64,000 bases of DNA from an uncultured Gemmatimonadales bacterium (GCA_963748815.1 CAVVKJ010000010.1:1119367-1183366), one strand, 5' to 3'. Shown: positions 35,269 through 46,309, counted from the first letter of the stretch. Notes: generated from the letters alone by a model not told the origin. Program-made: numbers and translations.

Positions 35269-35556
35269 CTATTCCAGCGAGCGGTAGAGGTCGCGGAAGT
35301 GATGCTCACGCAGCGACTGCACCGATTCCCAGAGATCCTGCTCCCGGGCGCCGCAGAAGATCTCGAACGTCTCGCGGGGGACATCGACATCGGCCGCCTG
35401 GAACTGCAGCTTGCCGCGCCAGATGCGGTGCTCGTCGAGCCGCAGCACGAGGCGGACGGCGAGGGACTGTCCAGCGTATGTGAGGGTCGGGAGATCGAGC
35501 AGGACCGGCTCGCGGGAATCGCGGGCCAGGGTGGTACGGAGCGTCTGTGCCGGCAT
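35269..35556 (-). CDS. Hypothetical protein
   Basis: 95-aa ORF with normal composition, coupled to the HisKA mini-gene. Confidence 0.65.
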   Translation of the reverse strand: MPAQTLRTTLARDSREPVLLDLPTLTYAGQSLAVRLVLRLDEHRIWRGKLQFQAADVDVPRETFEIFCGAREQDLWESVQSLREHHFRDLYRSLE

Positions 35557-35672
35557 AGCTTAGCCTCCCCAGAAGCCGTTGGCGAACGGCTTACCGTCAG
35601 GTGGAACCTCGCTAAAGATATGGCATTGTGGGAATTACGCAATAGTCCGGAAGTACTTTGGAAGGGGAGCAG

Positions 35673-35778
35673 GCGGGGAAGCGGGGAAGCGGGGAAGCGG
35701 GGAAGCGGGGAAGCGGGGAAGCGGGGAAGCGGGGCCGAAGGTACGAGTTGCCGTCATCCCGGCGCAAGCCGGGATCCA
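35673..35778 (+). repeat. Seven GCGGGGAA units plus a REP-like palindrome
   Basis: Seven perfect octamers, then GCGGGGCCGAAGGT...CGTCATCCCGGCGCAAGCCGGGATCCAG. Confidence 0.9.
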
Positions 35779-35793
35779 GCTTCGCCGTGCTCC

Positions 35794-35822
35794 TTGACGT
35801 ATCGCTGGGGAAGCCGTAGCTT
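35794..35822 (+). promoter_or_regulatory. Putative sigma70 promoter of rho
   Basis: TTGACG-N17-TAGCTT. Confidence 0.55.
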
Positions 35823-36001
35823 GATGCTACCTCTAAGCATCTGTAGAAAATCTCCCCAGAGACACGAGCACGTCGCCCCCGCCCTTGCGGGGCACTCCCC
35901 ATAGACGGTCGACACCCGATTCCCACACTGGATTTCCCCATCTCGCACCACCCTGCCACCGGCCCTCTTCGGGCTGGGCGCCCCATTTCGGAGCCACGTC
36001 C

Positions 36002-37249
<1,248 letters not shown>

Positions 37250-37307
37250 GGACACGGCGCGCCGTGTCCCGACTGCGCCCCCACCACATCGCCGCCATCG
37301 CCGACGC

Positions 37308-37755
37308 ATGACCATCATCCCGCGTGTTGGGCGCATCATCGCATTGGACTGGGGCGAGATCCGGTTCGGCGTGGCGCGCTCCGACGAGGGGCAAATCCTC
37401 GCCTCGCCCCTCGCCACCCTGACCCGCCGCGCCGGGCAAGCGCTTCCCGATGCCGCAGCTGCTCGCCCTCCTCGATGCCGAGCCGATCGTCGGCATCGTC
37501 GTCGGACTCCCCATCTCGCTCGAAGGCGCGGAGACTCCCTCCAGCGAAGCGGCGCGCGCGCTTGCCAGTGACGTGGGCCGACGGACCGGCCTCCCGGTCG
37601 AACTGGCCGACGAGCGGTTCACCACCGCGATTGCGCTCGACGCGGTGCGGGAAATGGGGGGCAGTACCCGCGGCCGCAAGGCGGATGTCGATGCACTCGC
37701 CGCGACGGTCCTCCTCCAGCAGTACCTCGACCATCGCAGGGTCCCTGCCCCATGA
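37308..37755 (+). CDS. ruvX: YqgF/RuvX family nuclease, apparent indel near 37435
   Basis: IALDWGEIRFGVARSD, VVGLP, DERFTT, VDALAA. Confidence 0.9.
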
Positions 37756-38741
37756 GGCGACTGCTTCTCGGTTCGATGTGTGTCCTCGCCGCCTGCGCCG
37801 GGCCCGCCCCCGACGCCCCCCTCGAGCAGGTCACGATCCCGTCGGGTGCCACGCTTCGAGCGGTCAGCGAATCCCTCGCCGTCCACCAGATTCTCGAGCA
37901 CCCCAAGTGGTTCCGGACCCTCGCCCGGCTCAAGCAGGACGACCGGCGGGTCCAGGCCGGCATCTACGAGCTGCGGCACGGCGAACGCGCCAGCACCGTT
38001 CTCCGCATCCTCCGGGAGGGCCGGGGAAAGCTGGTGCGGTTCACGGTCCCCGAAGGGGAGCCCCTCCGCAGCATTGCCCAGATGGCCGAGGAGCAGCTCG
38101 ACATCTCGGCGGACAGCTTCCTGGCTGCCACCACCGACACGGCGCGATTGAGGGCGGCCGGCGCCGAGGGGCCGTCGTATGAGGGGTGGCTGCATCCGGA
38201 GACCTACCTGGTGCCGCTCACGATCGTGCCGGAGGACCTCGTGGACCTGATGGTGCGGCAGAGCGTCTCGCTCTGGACGCCGGAGCGGGAGGCGCAGCGG
38301 GACTCGCTGGGGATGACGCGGCTCGAGGTGCTGACGCTGGCGTCGATCGTCGAGGGGGAGGCGCTGGTCAATGACGAACGGCCGGTGATTGCGGGGGTGT
38401 ACCTGAATCGGCTGCGGCTCCGCATGCCGCTCCAGGCCGACCCGACGGTCCAGTATGGAATCGAACTGGCGACTGGCGCCCGCAAGCCGCGCCTGCTGAT
38501 CAAGGACTACAAGTTCCCGTCGCCGTACAACACCTACCTGAATCCCGGGCTGCCGCCAGGTCCGATCAACTCGCCCGGCACCGCGAGCATCGACGCGGTG
38601 CTGAACCCTGCCAGCGTGCCGTACCTGTTCTTCGTGGCCGGGCCGGACCGGCGGCATGTCTTCAGCCGCACCTACCGGGAACACCTCACGGCGATCCGAC
38701 GGGTGCGGTCAGGGGTGTTGCCGCCGCCGGAGATCAACTAG
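37752..38741 (+). CDS. mltG: Endolytic transglycosylase MltG
   Basis: TVPEG, EGWLHPETY, LASIVEGE, LQADPTVQY, SPYNTY..GLPPGPI. Confidence 0.93.
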   Translation: MRRLLLGSMCVLAACAGPAPDAPLEQVTIPSGATLRAVSESLAVHQILEHPKWFRTLARLKQDDRRVQAGIYELRHGERASTVLRILREGRGKLVRFTVPEGEPLRSIAQMAEEQLDISADSFLAATTDTARLRAAGAEGPSYEGWLHPETYLVPLTIVPEDLVDLMVRQSVSLWTPEREAQRDSLGMTRLEVLTLASIVEGEALVNDERPVIAGVYLNRLRLRMPLQADPTVQYGIELATGARKPRLLIKDYKFPSPYNTYLNPGLPPGPINSPGTASIDAVLNPASVPYLFFVAGPDRRHVFSRTYREHLTAIRRVRSGVLPPPEIN

Positions 38742-38944
38742 GCGGGGAAGCGGGGAAGCGGGGAAGCGGGGAAGCGGGGAAGCGGGGCCGAAGGTGTGAA
38801 TCGCCGTCATTCCCGCGCAAGCGGGAATCCAGAAGTCTCCTCACTGGACCCCGGCGACCCTGCCCCGGCGAAAGCCGGGATCCATTGAAACCGCGCGAAT
38901 GCTAACCCCTCACCCCCGACCCCTCTCCCTCCGGGAGAGGGGGG
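38742..38944 (+). repeat. Five GCGGGGAA units, REP-like palindromes and a CCTCACCCC...GGGAGAGG hairpin element
   Basis: Same composite layout as 35673; hairpin family also at 5468-5507 and 61657-61692. Confidence 0.8.
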
Positions 38945-38977
38945 ACCTCGCGGAACTGTTCAACCGGGATGATTTCG

Positions 38978-39754
38978 TCATCCGGCACAACTGGTTGAAT
39001 GCATTTGAATAGGGGTGGGCATATGCCCACCCCGGTCCGTCCGTCCGCGCATGCGATTGATCCGCGCACCGGGGCATGACCCTGGACCCCGGCTTTCGCC
39101 GGGGTGACGATCAGGTGCCGAGCCCGTGGCTTTAGCCACGAGCTCAGAATACGCCCGCGCCGCACTCTCCACGTCCTCCGTGCCCAGAATCCCCCGCACC
39201 ACCGCCACACCGGCCCCACCTGCCGCTCGCACCTCTGCCACATCCTCCGGCAGCACGCCGCCGATGGCGATGCACGGCACTCCCTTCGGCGCCAGCTGCG
39301 CAATTCGCGCAAAGCCATCCACGCCGATCGCGGAGCCGGCGTCCGCTTTGGTGGCGGTGCCGCGCAGCGGGCCGACGCCCCAATAGTCGGCAACCGCCCC
39401 CTGGCCCGCCTCCGCGGCGGATCCAACCGATGCGCCGAGGAGAAAACCCTCCGGCACAATTCGCCTGGCCATGGCCACCGGGATATCATCGGGACCGAGG
39501 TGCACCCCCGCCGCACCGACGGCGAGCGCCACATCCAACCGATCATTGACGAAGAGAGGGACGTTCAGCGCGGCCAGGAGTTCGCGGGCCGCGGCCGCCA
39601 GCTCGCCGGCGCTGGCGCGCTTCAACCGCAGCTGCACCGCCGTCACCCCGCCACGTTCCGCCGCCTGGCAGAGCGCGACGAGGTCCCTGCCACCGATCAG
39701 CGCGTCGTCGGTGACCAGCACCAGCCTCAGGATTCCCGCTAGATTGTGCGTCAT
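38978..39754 (-). CDS. thiE: Thiamine-phosphate synthase; 3' end reads through a REP element, true end uncertain
   Basis: VQLRLK, VNDRLDVALA..GVHLGPDD, TATK, AIGG. Confidence 0.9.
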   Translation of the reverse strand: MTHNLAGILRLVLVTDDALIGGRDLVALCQAAERGGVTAVQLRLKRASAGELAAAARELLAALNVPLFVNDRLDVALAVGAAGVHLGPDDIPVAMARRIVPEGFLLGASVGSAAEAGQGAVADYWGVGPLRGTATKADAGSAIGVDGFARIAQLAPKGVPCIAIGGVLPEDVAEVRAAGGAGVAVVRGILGTEDVESAARAYSELVAKATGSAPDRHPGESRGPGSCPGARINRMRGRTDRGGHMPTPIQMHSTSCAG

Positions 39755-39787
39755 GACCGACCGAACCTACCGACCCGGGGGCCGCTG

Positions 39788-40942
39788 GTGAAGCCCGTAC
39801 GCGTGAGCGACCGAGGCGCCGCCCGCTGGACCCGCGGTCACCCGTGGATCTTTCGCAGCGACTTGATGGACGACGTCGAGTCCGCCGGTGTCGTCTCCGT
39901 CACCGACCCGCGCGGCCGCTTCCTCGGCCAGGCGCTGGCCTCGCCCCGGTCCGAAATCCGGCTCCGCCTTCTCGACCGGACCGAGACGCCCATCGACGTT
40001 GCCTGGTGGCGCGCCCAGATCGGTGCGGCGCTGTCCCGACGCGAGGGGATCGACGCCAACGCCTTCCGTGTGGTCCACGGCGAAGGAGACGGGCTCCCCT
40101 CCCTGGTGGTGGACAAGTACGACCGCTGGATCGTCGCACAGGTCCTCTCCGCCGGTCTCGAGACGATGCGGGACGACATATCCGCTGCGCTGCTCGAGAT
40201 CTTCGAGCCGGAGGGCATCCTGCTGCGGAACGACGTGGCCGTGCGGAAGCAGGAGGGGCTGCCGGAAGAAATCGTCCTGATGCATGGCACCGTCCCCGAG
40301 TCGATCGAGATTCGGGAGGGCGCGGTGCGCTACCTTGCCGCGCCGTGGGAGGGCCAGAAGACAGGCGCCTTCCTCGACCAGCGCGAGAATCGCCTGCTGG
40401 CGGCGCAGCTGGTCCGCCCGGGCGGCACCGCACTCGACTGCTTCTCCTACCACGGGTCCTTCGCCCTGCACCTCGCCGGCAAGGCGGGCCGCGTCGCAGC
40501 GCTCGACGCAAGCCGGGAGGCGCTGACACGTGGCACCGAGAACGCCGTGCTGAATGGCGTCGACAACATCGACTGGGTGGAGGGGGACGCCTTCGAGGCG
40601 CTCCGCGACTGGGAGCGCGCCGGCCGTCGCTTCGACATGGTGGTGGTGGACCCGCCCGCCTTCGCCAAGCATCGCGGCGCGCTGGGGCAGGCGTTGCGGG
40701 GATACTCCGAGATCAACCTGCGCGCGATGCGGATCCTCGCGCCGGGGGGCGTGCTGCTGACGGCGTCGTGCTCACATCACCTGAGCCGCGCCGATTTCCT
40801 CAAGATGCTCGCGAACGCCGCGGCCGACAGCGGCCGGCGGCTGACGCTGGAGCGTGTGCTCGGGCAGGCGGTGGATCACCCCGAGGTGATCACGATTCCG
40901 GAGACCGGCTACCTCAAGGGGGCAGTCCTGCGAGCCGACTAG
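39788..40942 (+). CDS. RlmI-family class I SAM-dependent rRNA methyltransferase
   Basis: GHPWIF, HGEGDGLPSL, GQKTGAFLDQRENR, VVVDPPAF, TASCS. Confidence 0.92.
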   Translation: MKPVRVSDRGAARWTRGHPWIFRSDLMDDVESAGVVSVTDPRGRFLGQALASPRSEIRLRLLDRTETPIDVAWWRAQIGAALSRREGIDANAFRVVHGEGDGLPSLVVDKYDRWIVAQVLSAGLETMRDDISAALLEIFEPEGILLRNDVAVRKQEGLPEEIVLMHGTVPESIEIREGAVRYLAAPWEGQKTGAFLDQRENRLLAAQLVRPGGTALDCFSYHGSFALHLAGKAGRVAALDASREALTRGTENAVLNGVDNIDWVEGDAFEALRDWERAGRRFDMVVVDPPAFAKHRGALGQALRGYSEINLRAMRILAPGGVLLTASCSHHLSRADFLKMLANAAADSGRRLTLERVLGQAVDHPEVITIPETGYLKGAVLRAD

Positions 40943-40946
40943 TTGA

Positions 40947-41062
40947 ACAGAAAACGCGGGAAACACGGAATGGAATGAAGCGCGGAAGAACAACTTGGTG
41001 GGTGCGGCCGCGACCACCAAGCATTTTTCCGAGCTTCTGATTCTTCCGCGCTTCCCGCGTTG
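40947..41062. repeat. About 120-bp terminal-inverted-repeat element, copy 2
   Basis: ACAGAAAACGCGGGAAACACGGAA...TTCTTCCGCGCTTCCCGCGT. Confidence 0.65.
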
Positions 41063-41088
41063 CAATTGCCCTGGAACATCACTGGGAC

Positions 41089-42076
41089 TTACCGCGGCGG
41101 CAGGCCCCGTAGCCACTCCGCGATGTCCGCAGATGACCTGCGGTTCCACCGTCCCCGCCACCCCGTATTCCGCCGGATTCGGCGCTCCGGTGCCTGCAAT
41201 GAACAGGTGATTGAGGCTCGGATACTCCCGAAATTCCACCGCTGTATTCCCCGCCAGCCCCTCCCGCCACGCCTCGAAGTCCACCATCGTCACCTGGTAG
41301 TCGCGGCCCCCCTGCAAGATGAGGATCGGTATCGGGAGCTTGGCCGCGACAGAGACCGGGTGGTACGCCGCCAAGTCCAGCCAGTAGGCCGCCGGCGCGC
41401 CGAGGAGGAGCGTCCGCGAGCCAGAGTCTGCGGGGGTCAGCGCGCGGACCGCCGCCAGGCTCGGCGCGAGCCCCACGAGCGCCTTGTCGATGCCGGCGGT
41501 GTCCGCGCCCGGCAGGCCGCGCATGTAGGTGATTTGCTCCTCCATCATGTCGGCCAGCGATCGGGTGGCGCCCGCCAGGATGACCAGCCCCGCGAGCGCG
41601 GTGTCCCGCGCACCGATCCGCGGCGCGAGCATGCCGCCCAGGCTGTGGCCCAGCACCACCACCCGGCCGGGGTCGACCTCGGGGAGGCCCCTGAGAAGCG
41701 CCGCTGCGGAGAGCGCGTCGTCCACCACTTCCTCGTCGACGGTGAACGTCCCGCCCATGAAGGAAATCGGTGCCGCCTTGCTTCGCTTGTCATATCGGAG
41801 CACCACGATCCCACGTTCGGCGAGGCCCCAGGCCAGGTCCCGGAAGGGCTTGTTGGCACCGACCGTCTCGTCACGGTCGTTGGGGCCGGAGCCGTGCACC
41901 AGGACGATGCCGGCCGCGCGCACCGCGTTGGTGGGAATCGACAAAGTCGCAGGCAACCGGATCTTGCCGGTGACCACCGCGGTATCACGCTCCACGAAGC
42001 TGATGGACTGCGCCGTCAGCATGGAAGGCCAGGCCAGCGCCATGACCAGGAGAACGACGGAGGCCCGACGACTCAT
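41089..42076 (-). CDS. Secreted alpha/beta hydrolase, apparent indel near the 3' end
   Basis: HGSGPNDRD, GHSLG, GGRDYQV, LNHLF. Confidence 0.88.
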
Positions 42077-42744
42077 CCGGCGGTCGGGTTCCTGCCGGTG
42101 CCGCTCTCCTCCTTCTCCCGCCGCCACTCGAGGTAGGAGTAGACCACCGGCCAGAGCACCATGCCGAAGACCGCCACCAGCATTGCGGTGGTGGAGTTTC
42201 GGCCCATCGGAATGAACGCTGTGGCAACGAATACCAGCCCGGCGATCGTAAATGCGTAGCCGCCAATTCGGTGCGTCTTCCGCCACACCCGCTCGCTGCT
42301 CAGCGTCCACGGCGTCCGGATGCCCATGAACCAGTTCGGCCGGATCCGGGGCAGCAGGTTCCCCATGAAGACAAACAGCGCGCCGAGGAGGATCGGAAGC
42401 ACCGACCGCATGTCGAACGGCCAGCCCAGAGCTGATCCGAGAATCAGGACCTGGACGATACCGACGAAGCCGATGATCACGTTGACCAGCAGGAAGTACA
42501 CCGACCCGTGGAACTCATAGTTCTTCTTGAGGGGGTCGATGTTCGGGAGGGCGGCGAAGATCAGCGTCATCAGCGCCATCACCGCCGGCATGAGGAAGGC
42601 GGCGAAGGCGGGGGACGACCACCCGTTGGGCTGGCCGTTGACGCCCCAGTGCGTCGCAACCCGTTCCGGAAGCTGCGGCCAGGCCCACCACGAGAAGGCC
42701 AGAGTCGCGAGGGTGACGAGAATGGCGGGCATCAGCTTACGCAT
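42073..42744 (-). CDS. sdpI: SdpI-family membrane immunity protein
   Basis: LPERVATHW, NWFMGIRTPWTLSSERVWRKTHR. Confidence 0.9.
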   Translation of the reverse strand: MRKLMPAILVTLATLAFSWWAWPQLPERVATHWGVNGQPNGWSSPAFAAFLMPAVMALMTLIFAALPNIDPLKKNYEFHGSVYFLLVNVIIGFVGIVQVLILGSALGWPFDMRSVLPILLGALFVFMGNLLPRIRPNWFMGIRTPWTLSSERVWRKTHRIGGYAFTIAGLVFVATAFIPMGRNSTTAMLVAVFGMVLWPVVYSYLEWRREKEESGTGRNPTAG

Positions 42745-43018
42745 TGCGGCGCTCCTTGCGGCGAGGGGCGATTTCGAGCAGGTGCTGCAGGGCATCCTGC
42801 ACCACCGTGGTGTTGAGGGAGTACCGGATGAACTGGCCGTCCCGGGTGGCGAGCACCAGCCCGGCTTCCTTCAGCACCGAGAGGTGGTGCGACACCGACG
42901 CCCACGCCACCGGAAATTGCGCGGCAATCTCGCCGGCAGGGAGGTCCCCGTCCCGCAGCATGGCGAGAATGGCCCGGCGGGTCGGGTCGGCGAGCGCCTT
43001 GAAGGTCTGGTCGATCAC
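42737..43018 (-). CDS. sdpR: ArsR/SdpR family repressor
   Basis: FKALADPTRRAIL, SHHLSVLKEAGLV, GQFIRYSLNTTV; directly upstream of sdpI. Confidence 0.88.
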   Translation of the reverse strand: MIDQTFKALADPTRRAILAMLRDGDLPAGEIAAQFPVAWASVSHHLSVLKEAGLVLATRDGQFIRYSLNTTVVQDALQHLLEIAPRRKERRNA

Positions 43019-43022
43019 AACG

Positions 43023-43052
43023 CTAAGATATCTGTCTAATTATCTAAGTCAA
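43023..43052 (-). promoter_or_regulatory. Promoter/operator of sdpR
   Basis: TTGACT-N16-TATCTT ending 6 nt before the GTG; overlapping imperfect inverted repeat CTAAGATA...TATCTAAG. Confidence 0.55.
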
Positions 43053-43060
43053 GTATTCGG

Positions 43061-43127
43061 CGTCACCCCCGCGAAAGCGGGGGTCCAGCGCCCGTGCATC
43101 TGGATTCCCGCTTGCGCGGGAATGACG
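43061..43127. repeat. Inverted pair of REP-like palindromes
   Basis: CGTCACCCCCGCGAAAGCGGGGGTCCAG ... CTGGATTCCCGCTTGCGCGGGAATGACG. Confidence 0.8.
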
Positions 43128-43233
43128 GGAGGACCCTCACCTGCCTCCCTGCCCCCCTGCCCCTGCCCCTTGCCCCGCTGCCCTGCTGTCTTGATGCCTT
43201 GCCCTGCCTCCCCAGCAGTACGACTTTTCTTCC

Positions 43234-44112
43234 ATGCCCCGCCCCGATTCCGCCGTCGAGGAACGCACCCGCCTGGTGCGGCGCGTTCTGCTGGGCGTCC
43301 TCCTCGCCAACCTGGCGGTGGTCGCCGTCAAGTTCCTGGTGGGTTTCGGAATCGGCTCGCTCGCCGTGGTGGGTGACGCGGTGCACTCCTCGGTCGATGC
43401 GATCAACAACCTCTTCGGGCTGGCCGTGGTGCGTTTCGCCTCGAAGGGGCCCGACGCCGAGCACCCCTACGGCCACGCCAAGTTCGAGAGTCTCGGCGCG
43501 CTCCTGATCGTCGTCTTCCTCTCCCTCTCCGTGTTCGAGCTGCTGCGCGGCGCCTGGGCCCGCCTCGTGGAGGGCGCCCCCGCGCTCGTCATCAGCCCCG
43601 TGCAGGTCATCCTCCTCCTCTTCACCCTGCTCATCAATCTCTGGGTCGTCTGGTACGAGACCCGGGCCGGTCGCCGGCTGAAGAGTCCGATCCTCCTCGC
43701 CGACGCCTCCCACACCCGCGTCGACGTGTTCATCACGATCGCCGTCCTCGGCGGGCTGTACCTGACCCATCTCGGCTACCCGATCGCCGATCCCATCCTG
43801 GCCATCGTCGTCGCGTTCCTCGTGGTGCGGGTAGGCTGGGAAATCGTCGGGCACTCGCTCCCGACGCTGGTGGACGGCGCCGCGGTGGACGAGCCCTCGA
43901 TCCGGGTGGCGGCCGAGGCGGTGGATGGGGTGCGCTCGGCGTATGCCATCCGTTCCCGCACGGCGGCGGCGCTTTCCTTCGCCGAGGTGACGATTGCGGT
44001 CGACGGCGCTCAGAACGTGACCGCGGCGCACGAGATCGCCGATGCGGTCGAGGACAAGCTGCGCGACGACCTCGGCTTCAACCACGTCCAGGTGCACGTC
44101 GAGCCATGCTGA
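43234..44112 (+). CDS. Cation diffusion facilitator family transporter
   Basis: DAVHSSVD, DAEHPYGHAKFE, DASHTRVD, VHVEP. Confidence 0.92.
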   Translation: MPRPDSAVEERTRLVRRVLLGVLLANLAVVAVKFLVGFGIGSLAVVGDAVHSSVDAINNLFGLAVVRFASKGPDAEHPYGHAKFESLGALLIVVFLSLSVFELLRGAWARLVEGAPALVISPVQVILLLFTLLINLWVVWYETRAGRRLKSPILLADASHTRVDVFITIAVLGGLYLTHLGYPIADPILAIVVAFLVVRVGWEIVGHSLPTLVDGAAVDEPSIRVAAEAVDGVRSAYAIRSRTAAALSFAEVTIAVDGAQNVTAAHEIADAVEDKLRDDLGFNHVQVHVEPC

Positions 44113-44939
44113 CCCTCGAGCAGGCCCGACAGCAGCGCCGCCGCCGGTCCCCGCCGTCGCTCAAGCAGCAGTACCAGGAATTCGTGATGCAGCGGGTCGA
44201 GGCCTTCAAGAACTCGATGTCGCGCGAGGAACTGCTCCGGCTCGGCGACGAGGCCGTCTCCGAAATGGAGGCCACCATCCAGGGTCAGTTCATGCTGACC
44301 GAGGTGCTGATGGTGGACCAGGTGGATCGCCTCATCATCAAGCGCCTCCGGCTTCGCTCGTACGCCAAGTGGCGTGAGCAGTACCTGACGCTGCGGGCGG
44401 CGCAGCGGGAGCCGATGCACTGGGGGGTCGACCCGAGCAGTCCCGTGGCGCGCATCCTTCCGCGGCTGGAGCCCGGCGATTCCGCGCTGGTTTTCGGCAC
44501 CGGCGCCGAGCCGACGACGTACCTCCTCGCAGCGCACGACGTCGAAGTCACCTTCGTGGCGGGGAATATCGGGACGGTCGAGCGGGTCGAGTCGCGGATG
44601 GCTTCGGAATCGCTGGGGAGCCAGTTCGAGGCATTCGTGGTGCCGATCGGCGGCAGATTCACCAGCTTCGTCCCGCGGGTGGACCTGGTGGTCATCGATG
44701 CCGGCGAGCTCACGCCGCTCGACCCGGATGGCCGACGGGCAGTGGTGGAACAGGTGCAGTGGCTTACGGAGCCCGGGGGCGTCCATGCCGTGCTGCCGAC
44801 GCGCAGCCTCGCGCCGCACGCGTTTCGCACATTGTACGAGGGGTGGACCGAGGAGGAAGCGGAACGGGTGGGAGGAGGGCGAGGCCGGCGCGAGGGGCTG
44901 CTCTTCTCGAAGGAACTGGGTCGAATCGACACGAAGTGA
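44106..44939 (+). CDS. Hypothetical protein, possible methyltransferase-like C-terminal fold
   Basis: Overlaps the upstream stop; helical N-terminus; ALVFGTG...VDLVVID...LTEPGGV. Confidence 0.65.
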   Translation: MLTLEQARQQRRRRSPPSLKQQYQEFVMQRVEAFKNSMSREELLRLGDEAVSEMEATIQGQFMLTEVLMVDQVDRLIIKRLRLRSYAKWREQYLTLRAAQREPMHWGVDPSSPVARILPRLEPGDSALVFGTGAEPTTYLLAAHDVEVTFVAGNIGTVERVESRMASESLGSQFEAFVVPIGGRFTSFVPRVDLVVIDAGELTPLDPDGRRAVVEQVQWLTEPGGVHAVLPTRSLAPHAFRTLYEGWTEEEAERVGGGRGRREGLLFSKELGRIDTK

Positions 44940-44999
44940 CCAACCGGAGCGTGTCGCTTCGACACGGTAACCTTCGGTACAGTTTTGTAAGCCACATAT

Positions 45000-45043
45000 T
45001 ATCAACCACTTACATTGAACTCCAGCACGGCACGGCTGGTGCT
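45000..45043 (+). promoter_or_regulatory. IHF site plus putative sigma54 promoter
   Basis: TATCAACCACTTA (exact WATCAANNNNTTR) then CGGCACGGCTGGTGCT (GG-N10-GC). Confidence 0.5.
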
Positions 45044-45098
45044 CCTTGGTCGTGGTCCCGGCACGAGGCCGGGAATCACCACCGCAAGGAAGTGCCAG

Positions 45099-45272
45099 AT
45101 GACCAGCCTCCCCGTACTGCTCGACGAGACGACTGTCGGCATCGTGATCCGGACCCCGAGCGCGGCCCCGCGCCCCGTGCGGTTCTGGGCCTATCTGTGG
45201 GCCACCGATGAGGCCACCGAAGGCCGTCCCTGGCATGAGCGGGTCCCGGTGGAGCGCATCGCGGCCGCCTGA
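45099..45272 (+). CDS. Small hypothetical protein, 57 aa
   Basis: AAGGA RBS; MTSLPVLLDETTVGIVIRTP...; flanked by a promoter candidate and a terminator. Confidence 0.5.
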   Translation: MTSLPVLLDETTVGIVIRTPSAAPRPVRFWAYLWATDEATEGRPWHERVPVERIAAA

Positions 45273-45297
45273 TTGCGTGGTTGGTCCAGGAAAGTGA

Positions 45298-45328
45298 AAG
45301 GCCCCCGGTTTGGGGGCCTTTGTTTTTG
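45298..45328 (+). terminator. Intrinsic terminator, probably bidirectional
   Basis: AAAGGCCCCC-GGTTT-GGGGGCCTTT-GTTTTT. Confidence 0.8.
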
Positions 45329-45331
45329 CCT

Positions 45332-46309
45332 CTACGGCGTCACGATCGTCCCCATCCGAACCACCTCGAAGTCGCTCCCCTTCACGTTCCGGAAGGCGTC
45401 GAAGATGGCGGGATCCCACCGCGTATCGGAGACGCCGGAGACGTACCAGTTCGATCCGTTGTCGGCCAGGATCATTCCGTACTTCTTGAGAGCATCGAGC
45501 ACGACGCGCGCATCCTGCGGGTACCCGCTGGTGTCGAAGGTGGCCTTGAGTCGCACCCGCATACCCATCGGCGGCCGCGCGGGGTCGGTGGATGCGCTGG
45601 CCCAATGTCGGGCCGGGTGCACATAGGCCTGACGCGTCTGGGCGGCCGTGAACCGGAGCGCGTGGTTGATGGCGCCTGCGGCGACCTCGTCGTAGCGGGC
45701 GAGGCCTGGAAAGATCGGGAGCCCCGCGGCGTCGGCGGAGGTCCACCCCGCGGGGCGGAGCGCGTTGGAGTTCAGGTCGAAGATCGCGCCGGAGCCCGCC
45801 CGCCACCCCGCCCCACCCGATGGCGGATAGGCGGCGTAGAGCTCGTAGAGGATCCAGTTGTCGCGATCGATGATCAAAATGTGGCGGTCCCCCGAGCTGC
45901 CGGCGCCTCCTTCGATCGGCGCGTTGGAGGGAATCGGGTACGGGCCGGCGTCGCTCTCGTCGGCGTAGTCGAAGGTGACAGGCAGCTTCGGCGTGTTCCC
46001 GGCGACGACGACGTAGGGAATCCCGTAGTACGTCTCGGTCGTCCCCCAGTCGGGGTGCAGGCTGGTGTTGAGGCCGATGCTGGCGATGAGGACGTCCGAG
46101 GCGGGATCGACCGCAGCGGTGTCGATCCGGAGGTTCCAGGCGTTGTCGGGGGGAAAGGGCATGCGCCCGTTGAGGGAGGCGTTGACGCCCAGGTCGGCGG
46201 AGCCGGTGGGCGTGTCGAGGCCGGTCGGTTCGGATCCGCTGCCGCATGCGGCGAGGCCAAGCACGCAAAACGCCGCGATGAACGCGTTGGACATGCGGGA
46301 ACTCTTCAT
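45332..46309 (-). CDS. Conserved-looking hypothetical lipoprotein
   Basis: GLAAC lipobox; FPPDNAWN, GDRHILI, SADAAGLPI, KYGMILADNG. Confidence 0.75.
   Translation of the reverse strand: MKSSRMSNAFIAAFCVLGLAACGSGSEPTGLDTPTGSADLGVNASLNGRMPFPPDNAWNLRIDTAAVDPASDVLIASIGLNTSLHPDWGTTETYYGIPYVVVAGNTPKLPVTFDYADESDAGPYPIPSNAPIEGGAGSSGDRHILIIDRDNWILYELYAAYPPSGGAGWRAGSGAIFDLNSNALRPAGWTSADAAGLPIFPGLARYDEVAAGAINHALRFTAAQTRQAYVHPARHWASASTDPARPPMGMRVRLKATFDTSGYPQDARVVLDALKKYGMILADNGSNWYVSGVSDTRWDPAIFDAFRNVKGSDFEVVRMGTIVTP

Noticed and set aside
38978..39140. Functional C-terminal extension of ThiE
   Set aside because: The extension is a translated REP palindrome (RHPGESRGP) plus intergenic-like sequence, so probably stop loss or an indel
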